Positions 18,209 through 28,918 of a stretch of 64,000 nucleotides of DNA are shown here, piece after piece. The notes beneath the pieces are model-generated. The model ran no database searches, was not told the origin of the DNA, and saw only the letters and a list, made by a program, of their open reading frames with translations. Source of the stretch: an uncultured delta proteobacterium (GTDB lineage: Bacteria; Desulfobacterota; Binatia; UBA9968). Position 1 is the first letter of the stretch, and each line of letters begins with the position of its first letter. The position numbers and the translations under genes were made by a program. The stretch covers positions 1-64,000 of the forward strand of contig CAVTUQ010000040.1 of assembly GCA_963737905.1 (NCBI GenBank). The letters run 5' to 3'.

Positions 18209-19051
18209 CTAGCCTTTCTTCGGCGACCAGCCGTAAGCCTTCGCGCAGGCATCGCCCATCAGCATCGCGCGCTCACTCTCGCTCAGGCGGTCGGTGAGAC
18301 GGAACGGCTCGACGGCCTGTTCGTAGTTGACGACCGCAAAGGCGCGGGTCCAGTCGGTGCCCCACAAGCAGCGGTCGAAGCCCCAGGCATCGAACACACG
18401 GGCGAGCGGGTCCCAGATGTCTGGGAAGGGATAGGGTTCCTTGGACAGCGTGCAGGCGCCGCTGACCTTGATCACCACGTTCGGGCGCTTAGCCAGCTCC
18501 AGGACCTTCGGCAGGTCGGCCCAGGGCTGCTGCGGCGCAGGGAGCGTGCGCGGCTGCAGGATGGCCAGATGGTCGATGATGAATCGCGTCTCGGGATGGC
18601 GATCGATCAGCGCCGCGCCCGCCTCCACATTTCCCCAACACAGGATGTTGACCGGGAAATCGTGCTGAACGGCTGCGCGCAGGATACGGTCGAACCCCGG
18701 GTCGGTCGGATCGCGCCCTGCTTCCTTCGTCATCATTATACGGGTGCCGACCGTGCCCGGCGTCTTCTTCCAGTCGGCGATGACGTCGGCCACTGCCGGG
18801 TCGTCCGGGTCGACCGGTTTCACGAGGGCAAACCGCCCGGGGTGGGCCCGTTGCACTTCCACCGCATAGCTCGCGTCGTAGCGGTACATGGTAAAAGCGG
18901 AGATGAAGATCGCGCCGTCGACGCCGACCTTGTCCATTGCCGCCACCATCTCGTCACCCGTTACGTGATCCGGCCAGTTCGGCACACTGTGCCAGGGTCG
19001 TTTCGGTGTGTTCGCCTCGTAGACGTGAACCTGGGAATCGATGATCGCCAT
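18209..19051 (-). CDS. Amidohydrolase_2 family protein (lactonase-like)
   Basis: IIDSQVHV, FIIDHLA, VIKVSG, LWGTDW. Confidence 0.88.
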   Translation of the reverse strand: MAIIDSQVHVYEANTPKRPWHSVPNWPDHVTGDEMVAAMDKVGVDGAIFISAFTMYRYDASYAVEVQRAHPGRFALVKPVDPDDPAVADVIADWKKTPGTVGTRIMMTKEAGRDPTDPGFDRILRAAVQHDFPVNILCWGNVEAGAALIDRHPETRFIIDHLAILQPRTLPAPQQPWADLPKVLELAKRPNVVIKVSGACTLSKEPYPFPDIWDPLARVFDAWGFDRCLWGTDWTRAFAVVNYEQAVEPFRLTDRLSESERAMLMGDACAKAYGWSPKKG

Positions 19052-19234
19052 CGAAGAAGCTCCTCTGCGCTAAGTGGTGTTGTGGTATTTCAACAGGTCG
19101 CGACCGCCGTGTCCAGAAGCGCGAGCGCCTTGGTGTCTCCCTTCGACTTCGCTGGCGGGAGGATTACCTGAAATAGATATCTTTTTACCGCGAGAAAAAT
19201 TCACGCCCGGCACCTGAACATCTGCGCCAGCCGC

Positions 19235-20857
19235 CTATTCAGGCATCACTCCTCGCGCGAGAGAATCCTTCAAAACGAAGCGCTGTATTTTGCCGGCGCC
19301 GGTCATGGGCCAGTCGTTTAAAAAAAACACGCGGCGCGGCACTTTGAAGCTGGCGAGGTGCTGGCGGCAGTAGTCCACGATCTCTTGTTCCGTTGCCTGC
19401 TTGCCCGTTCTTAACTCGACAAACACCGCCACGACTTCCACCAGACGATCGTTAGCCATACCGACGGCGACGGCTTGTTTCACAGCGTCGTGTTTCAAGA
19501 GAACGGCCTCGACGTCCGCAGCCGCGACGTTTTCCCCACCGACCCGGATCATGTCTTTGATGCGGCCCACCAGGCTTAGGTAGCCATCGCTGCCGATTAC
19601 ACCGACGTCGCCGGTGCGAAACCAGCCGTCGTCATCGAGTGTTTCGGCGGTTTTTTGCGGATCGTCGAAGTAACCTTTGGTGATGCACCAACCTTTGAAG
19701 CAAACTTCGCCGGATTCCCCAGCCGGTAAGAAATCTTTGCCTTCGGATTGGCGAATGCTCATTTCGACGCCGGGCATGGGCCGTCCTACTGTGGTCATTC
19801 GCAACTCCCAAGGATCATCCATCTCACACACGGTTCCGCCTATGTGAGTTTCCGTAAGCCCGTAAGGGCTGATTAGCTTCCTGATGCCCATCTCATCGTA
19901 AACCCGTTTGTTGATCTCGGGGCTCGCGAAGATCATGCCTTTTTCTAGAACCAGTCTTCTCTTTTTGAGCTCGGGATGGTTGAGATACTCGATGAAGTGG
20001 GGCTGATGCCCCATCAGAACATTACATTGGTGACGCTCCATTAGCTCCAACGCTTCGCCGGCATCAAAGTAAGGCTGGACGATCATCGTACAACCGGAGA
20101 CGATGGGGGCCAGCATGACTTTAATAGAGCCACCGACATGGAAGAAAGGTTGGGGACTGAAGAAACGGTCCGCTTCGGTGAGCTTGAGGACCTGGCTGCC
20201 GTAGTACGCGCCCCTCAACATGGCAACGTGATAAAGCATTGCGCCTTTGGGCATCGCGGTTGTGCCGGAGGTGAATTGGATCATCGCGATATCTTCGCCC
20301 GTTACTTTGCGCGCCGCTTGATTCAATGTTGCTTCGGAAATATCGCCGCCGAAATTCTTTAGATCATCGAACGGTAAGCAACCGCCTAAACTTTGCTGCG
20401 ATGAGACCACGACCTTTCGCAAATGGGGGAGCTTTGCATTGGGTATCGCACCAGGCGCTGAAGTAGCGCCTGGAACAAGTTGGTTGAGCAGACTCAAGTA
20501 GTCTTTGTTCGGTTCTTCCTTGAGAATAAGAATCGACGCCTGGGATTTGTTGAGCACGTATTCGACTTCTTCAGGCCGGTAGCGGGTATTGACGGGCACC
20601 ATAATCGCCCCGATGCGCGCGAGGGCAAAATATGCGTAGGCCCACTCAGCATAGCCCGCCATCCAGATGGCGACTTTGTCGCCTTTACCGATGCCCAAGC
20701 TGAGAAAACCGCGAGCGACGAGATCCGCGGTTTGCTTGAGCTGGTTGTAGGTCACTTCGCCGTTGTGAAAGACCGTCGCAACCTTGTCGCCATAGCACTC
20801 CGCCGCCTCGTCCAGCGCAGCACCGATGGTTTTCCCCGTCCACTTATCGTCCCACAT
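19235..20857 (-). CDS. Acyl-CoA synthetase (AMP-binding enzyme)
   Basis: FTSGTTAMPKG, YGLTET, WFRTGD, GRIKDMIRVGGENV, MTGAGKIQR. Confidence 0.93.
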   Translation of the reverse strand: MWDDKWTGKTIGAALDEAAECYGDKVATVFHNGEVTYNQLKQTADLVARGFLSLGIGKGDKVAIWMAGYAEWAYAYFALARIGAIMVPVNTRYRPEEVEYVLNKSQASILILKEEPNKDYLSLLNQLVPGATSAPGAIPNAKLPHLRKVVVSSQQSLGGCLPFDDLKNFGGDISEATLNQAARKVTGEDIAMIQFTSGTTAMPKGAMLYHVAMLRGAYYGSQVLKLTEADRFFSPQPFFHVGGSIKVMLAPIVSGCTMIVQPYFDAGEALELMERHQCNVLMGHQPHFIEYLNHPELKKRRLVLEKGMIFASPEINKRVYDEMGIRKLISPYGLTETHIGGTVCEMDDPWELRMTTVGRPMPGVEMSIRQSEGKDFLPAGESGEVCFKGWCITKGYFDDPQKTAETLDDDGWFRTGDVGVIGSDGYLSLVGRIKDMIRVGGENVAAADVEAVLLKHDAVKQAVAVGMANDRLVEVVAVFVELRTGKQATEQEIVDYCRQHLASFKVPRRVFFLNDWPMTGAGKIQRFVLKDSLARGVMPE

Positions 20858-20882
20858 GGTGTTTTCCTAATTGCCGCCCGGT

Positions 20883-20938
20883 TGTCATCCCGAGCGAACG
20901 CGAGGGATCTCAGATTTCTCGCTGCGCTCGAAATGACA
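20883..20938. repeat. REP-like palindromic element
   Basis: TGTCATCCCGAGCG...CGAGGGATCT / AGATTTCTCG...CGCTCGAAATGACA inverted arms. Confidence 0.8.
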
Positions 20939-21078
20939 CGTCAGGTTAGGGAACAAAGCGGACAGGCAGCTTTTCTGCCGGTAAGCTTCACCGATCGACG
21001 CGATCCGACAAAAAAAGTAGACTGCCCCTTTTCTCATCCCCTCATCTGTTTGTTCCCAATCCAAAATCGAAAATTGGT

Positions 21079-22068
21079 TCACTTCTTCACTTGATTCGCC
21101 CGTGCGATCACCTCCGGCGGAATTGTCAGGCCAATCTGTTTCGCTGCCTTCAAGTTGATCACAAATTCGAACTTCGTCGCCTGTTGCACCGGCAAATCGG
21201 CTGGCTTGGCACCTTTCAAGATTTTATCCACGTAACCGGCCGCCTGCCGATATTGGTCAGTGGAGTCCTCCCCATAGGACATAAGGCCACCCTCATTGAC
21301 ATACTCCTTGTTTGGGTAAATAGCCGGCAATCGGTATTTGCCCGCAAGTTCGACGATCCGCTTTCTTTCGGCAAAAAATGAGCGAAGGGCGGTCGTCATA
21401 ATCGCGTTGACTTGCTTCTGCTTTGCGGTTTGAAAGGCGTTCTCTAAACCTTTGGCGTCGAGTTGAGTCTCGATCTCCTCCAATTTTAGCTTCAGCGCCA
21501 GAGCCGCAAGCCTGAGCTCTTTCAGTTGGAGGTCTTGCCCAACGTTAACTACCGGCCGCCACAGCAGTCCAACTCGAGCGAGCTTGGGAACTGCGTCCTT
21601 GAGTATCTCCAGCCTTTTGGTGTTTAGCTCGGGCCCTAAAGCCGCGAGCCCGGTGACATTGCCTCCCGGCCGCGCCAGACTGGCAACCAAACCTAAACCC
21701 ACGGGATCGGGAATGTTAATCATCACGATGGGGATGGCAGTAGTCGCATTCTTCGCCGCGAACGCCGGTGGCGTCCCTGAGACCACAATTAGATCAACTT
21801 TAAGACGAGCCAGGTCCGCCGCAAGCTCGGGCAGGCCCCCGGGCTTTTGCTCAGCAAACCGGTACTCGAAGGTGATATTTTTCCCCTCAATCCACCCAAG
21901 CTTACTCAGTTCTTTTCGGAAGGCGTCCACGAGGAGCGCGCTACCGGACGCGGTGCTTGGATCCAGGTAACCGATGCGGAAGACTTTTTCTTTCTGCTGC
22001 GCCGCCGCTGACGAGCAAAGCGCAAAGAGCATGGCGCTAAGGGCAAAGACAGTGATTTTTCTCTTCAT
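21079..22068 (-). CDS. ABC transporter substrate-binding protein (ABC_sub_bind family)
   Basis: LGWIEGKNITFEYR, LVASLARPGGNVTG, GAKPADLPVQQATKFEFVINLKAAK; start 22068 preferred over 22119. Confidence 0.92.
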   Translation of the reverse strand: MKRKITVFALSAMLFALCSSAAAQQKEKVFRIGYLDPSTASGSALLVDAFRKELSKLGWIEGKNITFEYRFAEQKPGGLPELAADLARLKVDLIVVSGTPPAFAAKNATTAIPIVMINIPDPVGLGLVASLARPGGNVTGLAALGPELNTKRLEILKDAVPKLARVGLLWRPVVNVGQDLQLKELRLAALALKLKLEEIETQLDAKGLENAFQTAKQKQVNAIMTTALRSFFAERKRIVELAGKYRLPAIYPNKEYVNEGGLMSYGEDSTDQYRQAAGYVDKILKGAKPADLPVQQATKFEFVINLKAAKQIGLTIPPEVIARANQVKK

Positions 22069-22177
22069 CAGTTTCTCGTTTTCTTCCTCGCCCTGTGGGA
22101 GACGTGAGGGTTCATGCATTCTAGCGTAATGGCCCTGCCCTTGCCCTGAGGAAGAGGATCTGAAAGACGGTACTTCA

Positions 22178-23582
22178 CTATGCGCCAGGTGATAAGTAAC
22201 TCATCAACTCAGCAACGTTCTCAAGTTGTTCCAGACCATCCACCAGCGAGATAATCTTGGCCTGCTGTGCCTCGGACAATACACCGCGGGAGCAGCCGCG
22301 AAATTTTTCCTCGACCTCGGCCGACGACATGCGATTTTTCGGATGTCCTTTGGGATAGAAGAACTTCCACGGTGCGGCTTTCGCCATTCGCCATGGTCAA
22401 TTTGCAGTACACAAGGGAAGCTCCCGGAGTATACTTGTTTAAACTGGCATCGGTCCGAATCGTCATTCGCTCCATCAGCGACTTCACGGCCGGCTGCATC
22501 CAGCGCTCTCCTTCGAATTGCGCTTGCGTCATCTCGCCATCCATCAGCGCTGCCGCTGCCAGGTAGTAAAAACTATGGTCGGCGGTCTCACGGCTCGTCG
22601 GATAGCGGCGTTCTTCGTCCTCCACTTGCCCGCGCACAAAGGGAGTATCCGCCATGCGAATTTCGAGATACTTAACCTCTTTGGCTGGATCAGCGATGTC
22701 TTGCCGCGCTTGGATCACCCCGGCAACCATCGCTTGCGACGTGCCGATGCATGGATAAGCTTTGATGCTGACGTCGCTGATTCTGAAGCGATCCCGGATC
22801 GGTTCCATCAGCAAGTCAAGATCGGCCCCGGCAAGGAATGCCTTATCAAGACCGCCCTTACCTTCAAAGATCGATAGCGGTCCGGTGGCGCCCCGGGATG
22901 CGAGCAAGGTGCAGAGCGTTCCTTGGTAAGCCACAAAGGCATTCGCCATTGCCTTAGCATTCGAAAGTTGTCCCGAACGAACCGCAGAGAGCGTGTTCCC
23001 ATGGGCGGCCGATAGCGCCAACGCGTTGGCCAGTTGGTTGGCATCCAACTTCAGGAGTCGACCGGCAATCGCAGGAGCACCCAAGGCCGACGCGGTAACA
23101 TGATCCCACGGTCCACGCCCGACGATGATGTCCTGAATGCGGCAGTAAAGCTCATAACCCGCGATGACACTCGCCAGCAGGTCGTGACCGGAAGATTGTT
23201 GTTTCTCACCGACGCTGAGCGCCACCGCGATGTTATCGCTCGGATGGCCCATTTGGCCCGGGCCTACATACGCGTCATTCAGGTCCAGCTCGCGTATCAG
23301 AATTCCATTGAGCATCACCGCGCTGGTGACCGGCATACGGTGCTTAAAGCCGATGATCGTGCAATCAGCATTGCCCCCGATCGCTTCAAAGGTATACAAG
23401 GCTCGCTCGAAGGCGTGTTCTCGTCCTGCCGCCAGCGCGCAGCCGATAGAATCCAAGATGAGAGACTTTGCGTGTAGCAAAACATCGGCGGGAATGGACT
23501 GCGGGTCAAACTCGAGAATCCGCTCCGCAATCTGCTTCACCAGCGGTGTTTTGGAACTCTTTGGTCTTTCGCTTGTTGCCAT
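22178..23582 (-). CDS. MmgE/PrpD family protein with apparent C-terminal frameshift(s) near 22360-22430
   Basis: ILDSIGCALA, LDLND, GHPSD, IKAYPCIG, RETADHS; terminal YPKGHPKNRMS..EVEEKF lies in another frame. Confidence 0.85.
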
Positions 23583-23754
23583 AAATCCTCAAGAATTCTT
23601 TGCGCGTGGTTTTCTGATTAAGAAATTTTAAATCGGCGCGAGTATATGCCACGGTTTTCGTCCGCGCAACTTGCAGCGCCTGGACATTCTATTGAACTCT
23701 TGCTAAGGAACGCTTTGATTTTGCCGGAGAGTTTTTGGTCGCCCGGAGGAGCTA

Positions 23755-24856
23755 ATGGCACTTTTCATCGACAAAGTGGAAGTCGTGTTGTTGAGCATGC
23801 CGCGCAAGCGCGGCATGGCGCCCGCGGAGAATTTGCTGGTCCGCATTCATGCCGACGGTGCCAACGGCATCGGCGCATGCCAATATGAATCGCGCTACGG
23901 CGAGACTGCCGCAGAAGCCGGGCTGGTTGTCCAGAAGCACTACACACCGCTTCTGTTGAAAGAAAACCCCCTGAGCATTGAGACCGATCATGGCCAAGCT
24001 CGACTCGTTCATGCCCGAGCATCTCGCATCCAAGGCCGCCATCGACATCGCGCTCCATGATCTCAAAGGAACGTTATTGAATGTGCCGGTTTACGAATTG
24101 CTCGGCGGGCGCGCCCGCGACAAAGTTCAGTTATTAGCGCCCCAGGTGAGCCGCGGCGAACCGCTAGAACAAGCGAAAGAGGCGGCGCGTCTGGTCGGCG
24201 AAGGATTCAAAGCGCTGAAACTTCGCGTTGGCGGCGCCGACGTCGAAAAAGACATCCAGCGGGTCAAAGAAGTCAGGCAGGCAGTGGGTAGTTCAGTTGA
24301 AATACGCATCGACGCCAACGAATATCACACCCCAGCGTCCGCCGTCGGTCTGATCAGCAGACTGGAACCCTTCGATCTCGCCTGGGTGGAAGACCCCATT
24401 CCCGGTGGCGATATCGAAGGCTTCGCCTACTTGCGTAGCAAGATTCATATTCCGCTGGAGGCCGGACAACTCGGCTCGCCCTTCGACGTGTTGCGCTACA
24501 TCCGTATGGGCGCGGCCGACTGTTTCAAGATCAAAGTCGTTCGCGGCGGCGGATTGCTCAAGCTCAAGAAATCTCTCGCCATCGCCGAAGCCGCCCACAT
24601 GTCCGTGGTCTCGGGCTCCGGCGGTGACAACGACATCAACTTCGCCGCCGAAGTCGCCATTAACGGCTCCACAAGGCATATGCGTCACGCATGCGAGAGC
24701 ACCGGGGCATGGTTCATCTATCCGGAAGAAGCAAGGCTAGTGAAAGAACCGATCGTGGTGAAGGAAGGTTACGCCTATCTGCGCGACAAGCCGGGACTAG
24801 GCGTCGAATTGATCGAGGCTGATTTCAAAAGGCTCGCGGAAAAATTTCCGTTCTAG
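23755..24856 (+). CDS. Mandelate racemase/muconate lactonizing enzyme family, frameshift near 23983
   Basis: N-domain in 23755-24060; AAIDIALHDLKG..PVYELLGG, IDANE, VEDP and KPGLGVE in 23978-24856. Confidence 0.85.
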
Positions 24857-24984
24857 CAGGCCGCTGAAAAGGACTCATCTACTTCGTTGCGCTCGATCGA
24901 TCTCGCGTCCAACGTACTGATATGTACGCCTCCGCCCATCGACCTTCGCGCGCCTCGTATCTGAGATCCTTTTGAGCAGCCTGC
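24856..24984. mobile_element. MITE-like element with imperfect terminal inverted repeats between convergent genes
   Basis: GCAGGCCGCTGAAAA ... TTTTGAGCAGCCTGC (13/15 match); partial left-end copy at about 26881-26916. Confidence 0.65.
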
Positions 24985-25022
24985 AAGCAGAGTTTTCCAT
25001 TATACAACCAAAAGACTTTCGG

Positions 25023-25984
25023 CTACCGCGCAGCCTCCGCGAATGACCAGTCGCGGACCTTGGAAATATCTGGAACCGCTTCGGGTGATAGTTTGAGAGC
25101 GCTTTGCGCAAAGTTCATACCGGAGCGGACGACAGCATCCTCTGGCAGCAGGTCCGGAGGCATCTGTTTGACTAAAAAGTCGTAGCTCTTTTCTGCTTCG
25201 TCGTCGGGAACTTTAAGATACTTCTTGATAAAGCTCACCGCATCGCTCTTGTTTTCCCGGGTGAACTTCGCTCCCTCTAGTAACGCTTTTAAAAAAGAAA
25301 CGGCGACCGGCTTGTTGCGGGCTAGAAAATCGGCGGACGCCGCGACTCCCGAGAGCGGATAGTTCACGTAGTCCGACGCCAAGAGCAGCCGTCGATAGCC
25401 TTTGCGTTCGAGCGCATAGTTGTCCGGAGCAACGACCAGCGCGGCGTCGATGGTTCCGCCAAGCAACGCCGCGACCCGGGCTGACGTTCCCCCAATAGCG
25501 AGAAAAGTGACGTCGCGGTCGGGGTTGAGCCCGCTCCGAGCGATGATTTCCCGAACCAGGTAGGCGCTCATTCCGCCCACGGAGCTAACGCCAATTCTCT
25601 TACCTTTTAGCTCTTCCGGCGAGCGCAAGTTGGGTTGCCCGATAAGCACGTAGGGCGCTCTCTTTAGGACCACGGCTATCGTCCTGATCGGGAGTCCTCG
25701 CACCGAGGCTAAAATCGCGGTGGGAATGATGTCCATGAAATTCAGCTCGCCGCTGACGGTTGCGGCAATGATCACGTCGCTTTGCCGAACCGTGATGAGC
25801 TGGACATCGAGTCCCTGCTTTTTGAAGTAGCCTCGATTCACGGCGAACTCGAGGGGAACCATGCCGATGCTGCCGGTGGTGCGCGCCATCGTCACGGTTT
25901 TTAGCGGTTGAGCAAAACCGGGCTGTGAGAAAAATGACGATACCGGCGAATGCGATTAAGTGCGAATGCTCTACGTTTTTTCAT
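25023..25984 (-). CDS. NMT1/SsuA-type ABC substrate-binding protein, frameshift in signal peptide near 25957
   Basis: GYFKKQGLDV, ELKGKRIGVS, GLNPDRDV; ATG 25984 with RBS GAGG gives MKKRRAFAL, and IAFAGIVIFSQPGFAQ continues in the body frame. Confidence 0.82.
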
Positions 25985-26158
25985 TTTCACTTCCTCGACG
26001 CCAAAATAACGCCAAGTTCGGATATCAAATTTTTTTTCTTTGCGACCTTTGCGTCTTTGCGGGAGATATTCCGAGTTTGGTTGCGGCTCGGCCCGCGCTG
26101 GCCATGGGGCGATAGACCAAGACCCTTCGCGTTGGCTCAGGGTGACTCACAAAGTGAG

Positions 26159-26863
26159 TCAGTTTCGCGATTTGGTCCAGCGCACCCGACTTTGCTTTAG
26201 CCCCAGACTAGCGAGCATCGCAGCGAGGCGAATCGGAGCGCCGATGCCTTCAACCACCGGTACGCCGAGCTGTTCTTGCAGCCAATCGGATTTGATGTGC
26301 ACCGGACACTGCGTAACCCCCATCGGAATAATGACTTCCGCCCCTTGCGCAATGAGCTTCTTCGCCTCACTGACAAAGTTTTGCATCACCTTGTCGCGAT
26401 TAGCCGCAATGTCTGGCAAATCAAAACCGCTCACGCCAAACCCGACAATTTTATCCTCCATGCCGTACCGCCGAACGATGGCCCGATTAAACGCTAACAG
26501 TTTCTCGTGATAGATAATAAGGCCGAATCTGTCGCCGAGCAGGGACGCGATGTGCAACGATGCTTCCATCGGCCCGACGACAGGAATATCCACCGCCGAT
26601 TTGCCGCCGTCTACGCCTAGATCGAGCATGCCCAACGGCACCACGGCATCGTAACCTTCCTTTTCCGCCTGCCTGTAGCTCTCGATGTAGGCGGGCGTTA
26701 CGATTTGGATTTCTGCCGGTGTGATCCCGTAAAAATAGGGCGACGCTTTGGTGTCAATGATGCCCACTTCGATTTCCGAAGTAGAATACGACCGCGCGAC
26801 GTCGGCGCGGCGCTTGTATTCTTCCGGCGGGTAACCACCGATCACGAAGGCTACGCGAATCAT
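26159..26863 (-). CDS. Asp/Glu/hydantoin racemase family protein
   Basis: AEKEGYDAVV...D.GV...IPVVGPMEAS...GDRFG; GAEVII.MG; LGVPVVEG. Confidence 0.82.
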   Translation of the reverse strand: MIRVAFVIGGYPPEEYKRRADVARSYSTSEIEVGIIDTKASPYFYGITPAEIQIVTPAYIESYRQAEKEGYDAVVPLGMLDLGVDGGKSAVDIPVVGPMEASLHIASLLGDRFGLIIYHEKLLAFNRAIVRRYGMEDKIVGFGVSGFDLPDIAANRDKVMQNFVSEAKKLIAQGAEVIIPMGVTQCPVHIKSDWLQEQLGVPVVEGIGAPIRLAAMLASLGLKQSRVRWTKSRN

Positions 26864-26928
26864 ATTCGTTCCCCTCTACCGGGCCGCTGAAAACGTCTCA
26901 TTGTCGCACTCGATCGCCTCGCTTCAGT

Positions 26929-27002
26929 TGGCTTATGGCGTATGGCTTATAGCGTATGGTTCGTATGGTCAAACTATATGCCATAAGCTATCAGCCATAT
27001 GC
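26929..27002. repeat. Heptamer-period inverted repeat (TGGCTTA-like units)
   Basis: TGGCTTA TGGCGTA TGGCTTA TAGCGTA TGG ... CTATATG CCATAAG CTATCAG CCATATG; related copy at 58944-59040. Confidence 0.85.
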
Positions 27003-27006
27003 GAAG

Positions 27007-28158
27007 CTATTTCCCCTCCCACAAGCCCGTCGTTTCTCTTAACTTCGAATGATCAATCATGACTCCGAGTCCAGGGACGCTTGGGACGCGAAGCGCGCCG
27101 TTCTTAACGACCAGCCCGGAAGCCGGATCGTCGGTCAGCGACTCAAACTCGCTGATCTCGGCTCCGCCGAAGAGATCGGGAAGCGACGCGCAAAAATGAA
27201 GCTGGATCGCCTCCAACAATTGACTCCCCGCCGTGCTCCCCACGTGAACGCGGACGTTCGCAGCGTTGCACACCGAAGCAATATCGCGCCCCCGGTAGAG
27301 ACCGCCCATTTTCCAGAGCTTGATACTGACCGCATCCATGGCGCCGGCCTCGATGTGGCGCAAAGCATCGGTCGCCGTTTCAATTCCCTCGTCGGCCATG
27401 ATCGGTACGGATACGTTCTGCCGCACAAAAGCCATGCCGCGAATATCATCGCGGTGAACGGGTTGCTCGACCAGTCCAAGATGGGTATTTTCGAGCTGAC
27501 GCAGGACGCGCACCGCTTGCATGGGCGCATAGGCTTGATTGGCATCGGCCGAAAGAAAGACTTCGTCGCCGATGGAGTCCCGCACTCTCCGAACCGTTTC
27601 AACGTCCCGCTTCTCGTCAAGGCCGATTTTCACCTTGACATAATGGTAGCCCCGGTCGACGAAGGCTTTCGCTTCCGCGGCCGTTTCTTGCGGAGGCTTC
27701 AAACCCAGCATGCGCATCACCGGAACATCCAGCCGGCATGCTCCGCCGATCAGGTTGACAAGCGGGGTTTGCAGTTTTTTTGCGAGCAGGTCCCAGAGCG
27801 CCTCCTCCACGGCGAATTTCGTCTGAAAATTAGCGCCGAGAACCTGTTCGACTTCACGAATAACAGGTTGAATTCCGATAAAACTCTGACCCTTCATGAC
27901 CGGAGCCAGCAAAGTTTGAATCAACGACTCCGAGGAAAGCGGCGATTCGCCAACGATGGACATCGACGGCATATATCCATACCCCACGGTGCCGTCGGCG
28001 TCGGTAATTCCGACCACCGTCGCTTCAATATCGCCTTTCGTATAACGCGCGGTTTTCCACGCCACGGCTCTGCGCAGCACCGCGCGCCAGGTTTGAACAG
28101 ACTTAATGGTCAAAAGCGCGCTCTCTTGCGCGAGTATATTTTCTACTTGTTTAGCCAA
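27007..28158 (-). CDS. Muconate cycloisomerase/dipeptide epimerase-like enolase superfamily enzyme
   Basis: KVKIG, ADANQ, VEQP, IMADE, IKLWKMGG, PGLGV. Confidence 0.9.
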   Translation of the reverse strand: MAKQVENILAQESALLTIKSVQTWRAVLRRAVAWKTARYTKGDIEATVVGITDADGTVGYGYMPSMSIVGESPLSSESLIQTLLAPVMKGQSFIGIQPVIREVEQVLGANFQTKFAVEEALWDLLAKKLQTPLVNLIGGACRLDVPVMRMLGLKPPQETAAEAKAFVDRGYHYVKVKIGLDEKRDVETVRRVRDSIGDEVFLSADANQAYAPMQAVRVLRQLENTHLGLVEQPVHRDDIRGMAFVRQNVSVPIMADEGIETATDALRHIEAGAMDAVSIKLWKMGGLYRGRDIASVCNAANVRVHVGSTAGSQLLEAIQLHFCASLPDLFGGAEISEFESLTDDPASGLVVKNGALRVPSVPGLGVMIDHSKLRETTGLWEGK

Positions 28159-28281
28159 TGTTAGATTCTCCCCACGTTAGCAACACGTTCTGTCAGGACC
28201 GTAATTTGTACACCCCTCCTTGTATTACAGTCGGCGTGTGATGAACAAGCGAGCCTTCCCGCTAACTTAGAGAAAACTTCC

Positions 28282-28712
28282 TCACGACTGCTCAAAGGCG
28301 GCGATGCCGGCCTGGGCAATCTCGATATCGTTCTTGGCGGCGCCGCTGGCTCCAACCGCACCGATGCACCGCCGTTCACCATGATTGGAAAGCCGCCGGG
28401 AATGGTCACGAAAGAACCCGGTCCCGCCGCCAAAGTTATCGCGATGGCGTGATGGTCGTCGCGTTCATTTCCGCTCGGACTCTTTTTGCCTGAGGGAAAA
28501 CGCGTCAATGCGGCGCTGCGAGCTTTGGCCTGGGAAATCGCAACTGAATATAGCTCCGCCTCTTCAGACCGTCCAAAAGCGATCAGGTGCCCGCCATCGT
28601 CGACCACGGCGATACTGGCTGGAACACCGAGTTTGTGTGCCTTGTCGAGCGCGCCACGCAAAATGGTCATGGCTCCTTCTTGGGTTAGTTTTACGGTTGC
28701 TACGGTCTTCAT
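28282..28712 (-). CDS. GlcG/HbpS heme-binding protein, frameshift near 28369
   Basis: SIAVVDDGGHLIAF.R, AKARSA, PGGFPI; the expected end CIGAVGASGAAKNDIEIAQAGIAAF lies in another frame and stops at 28282. Confidence 0.85.
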
Positions 28713-28918
28713 GCATCGTTCTCCTTATCCAAGGTTACATATACTTATTCCCAGTAACCTATGGCGTGGAGCCATTCACTGTCAACTGAGACATCCGGCC
28801 TCCAACAATCAAAAAAGAGAACCTTGACTTTGAACACCCATATTATTTAATAAGGTCAATACTCATCAGAAGCTGAATCCGACTATTATCTTCGTTTACC
28901 ACAGAAAGGAGGCAACCC

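Noticed and set aside
27049-28164. Long alternative ORFs (also 3967-5004, 11803-12792, 15344-16126, 18074-19171)
   Set aside because: They are antisense shadows of well-supported genes in GC-rich DNA and show no family motifs
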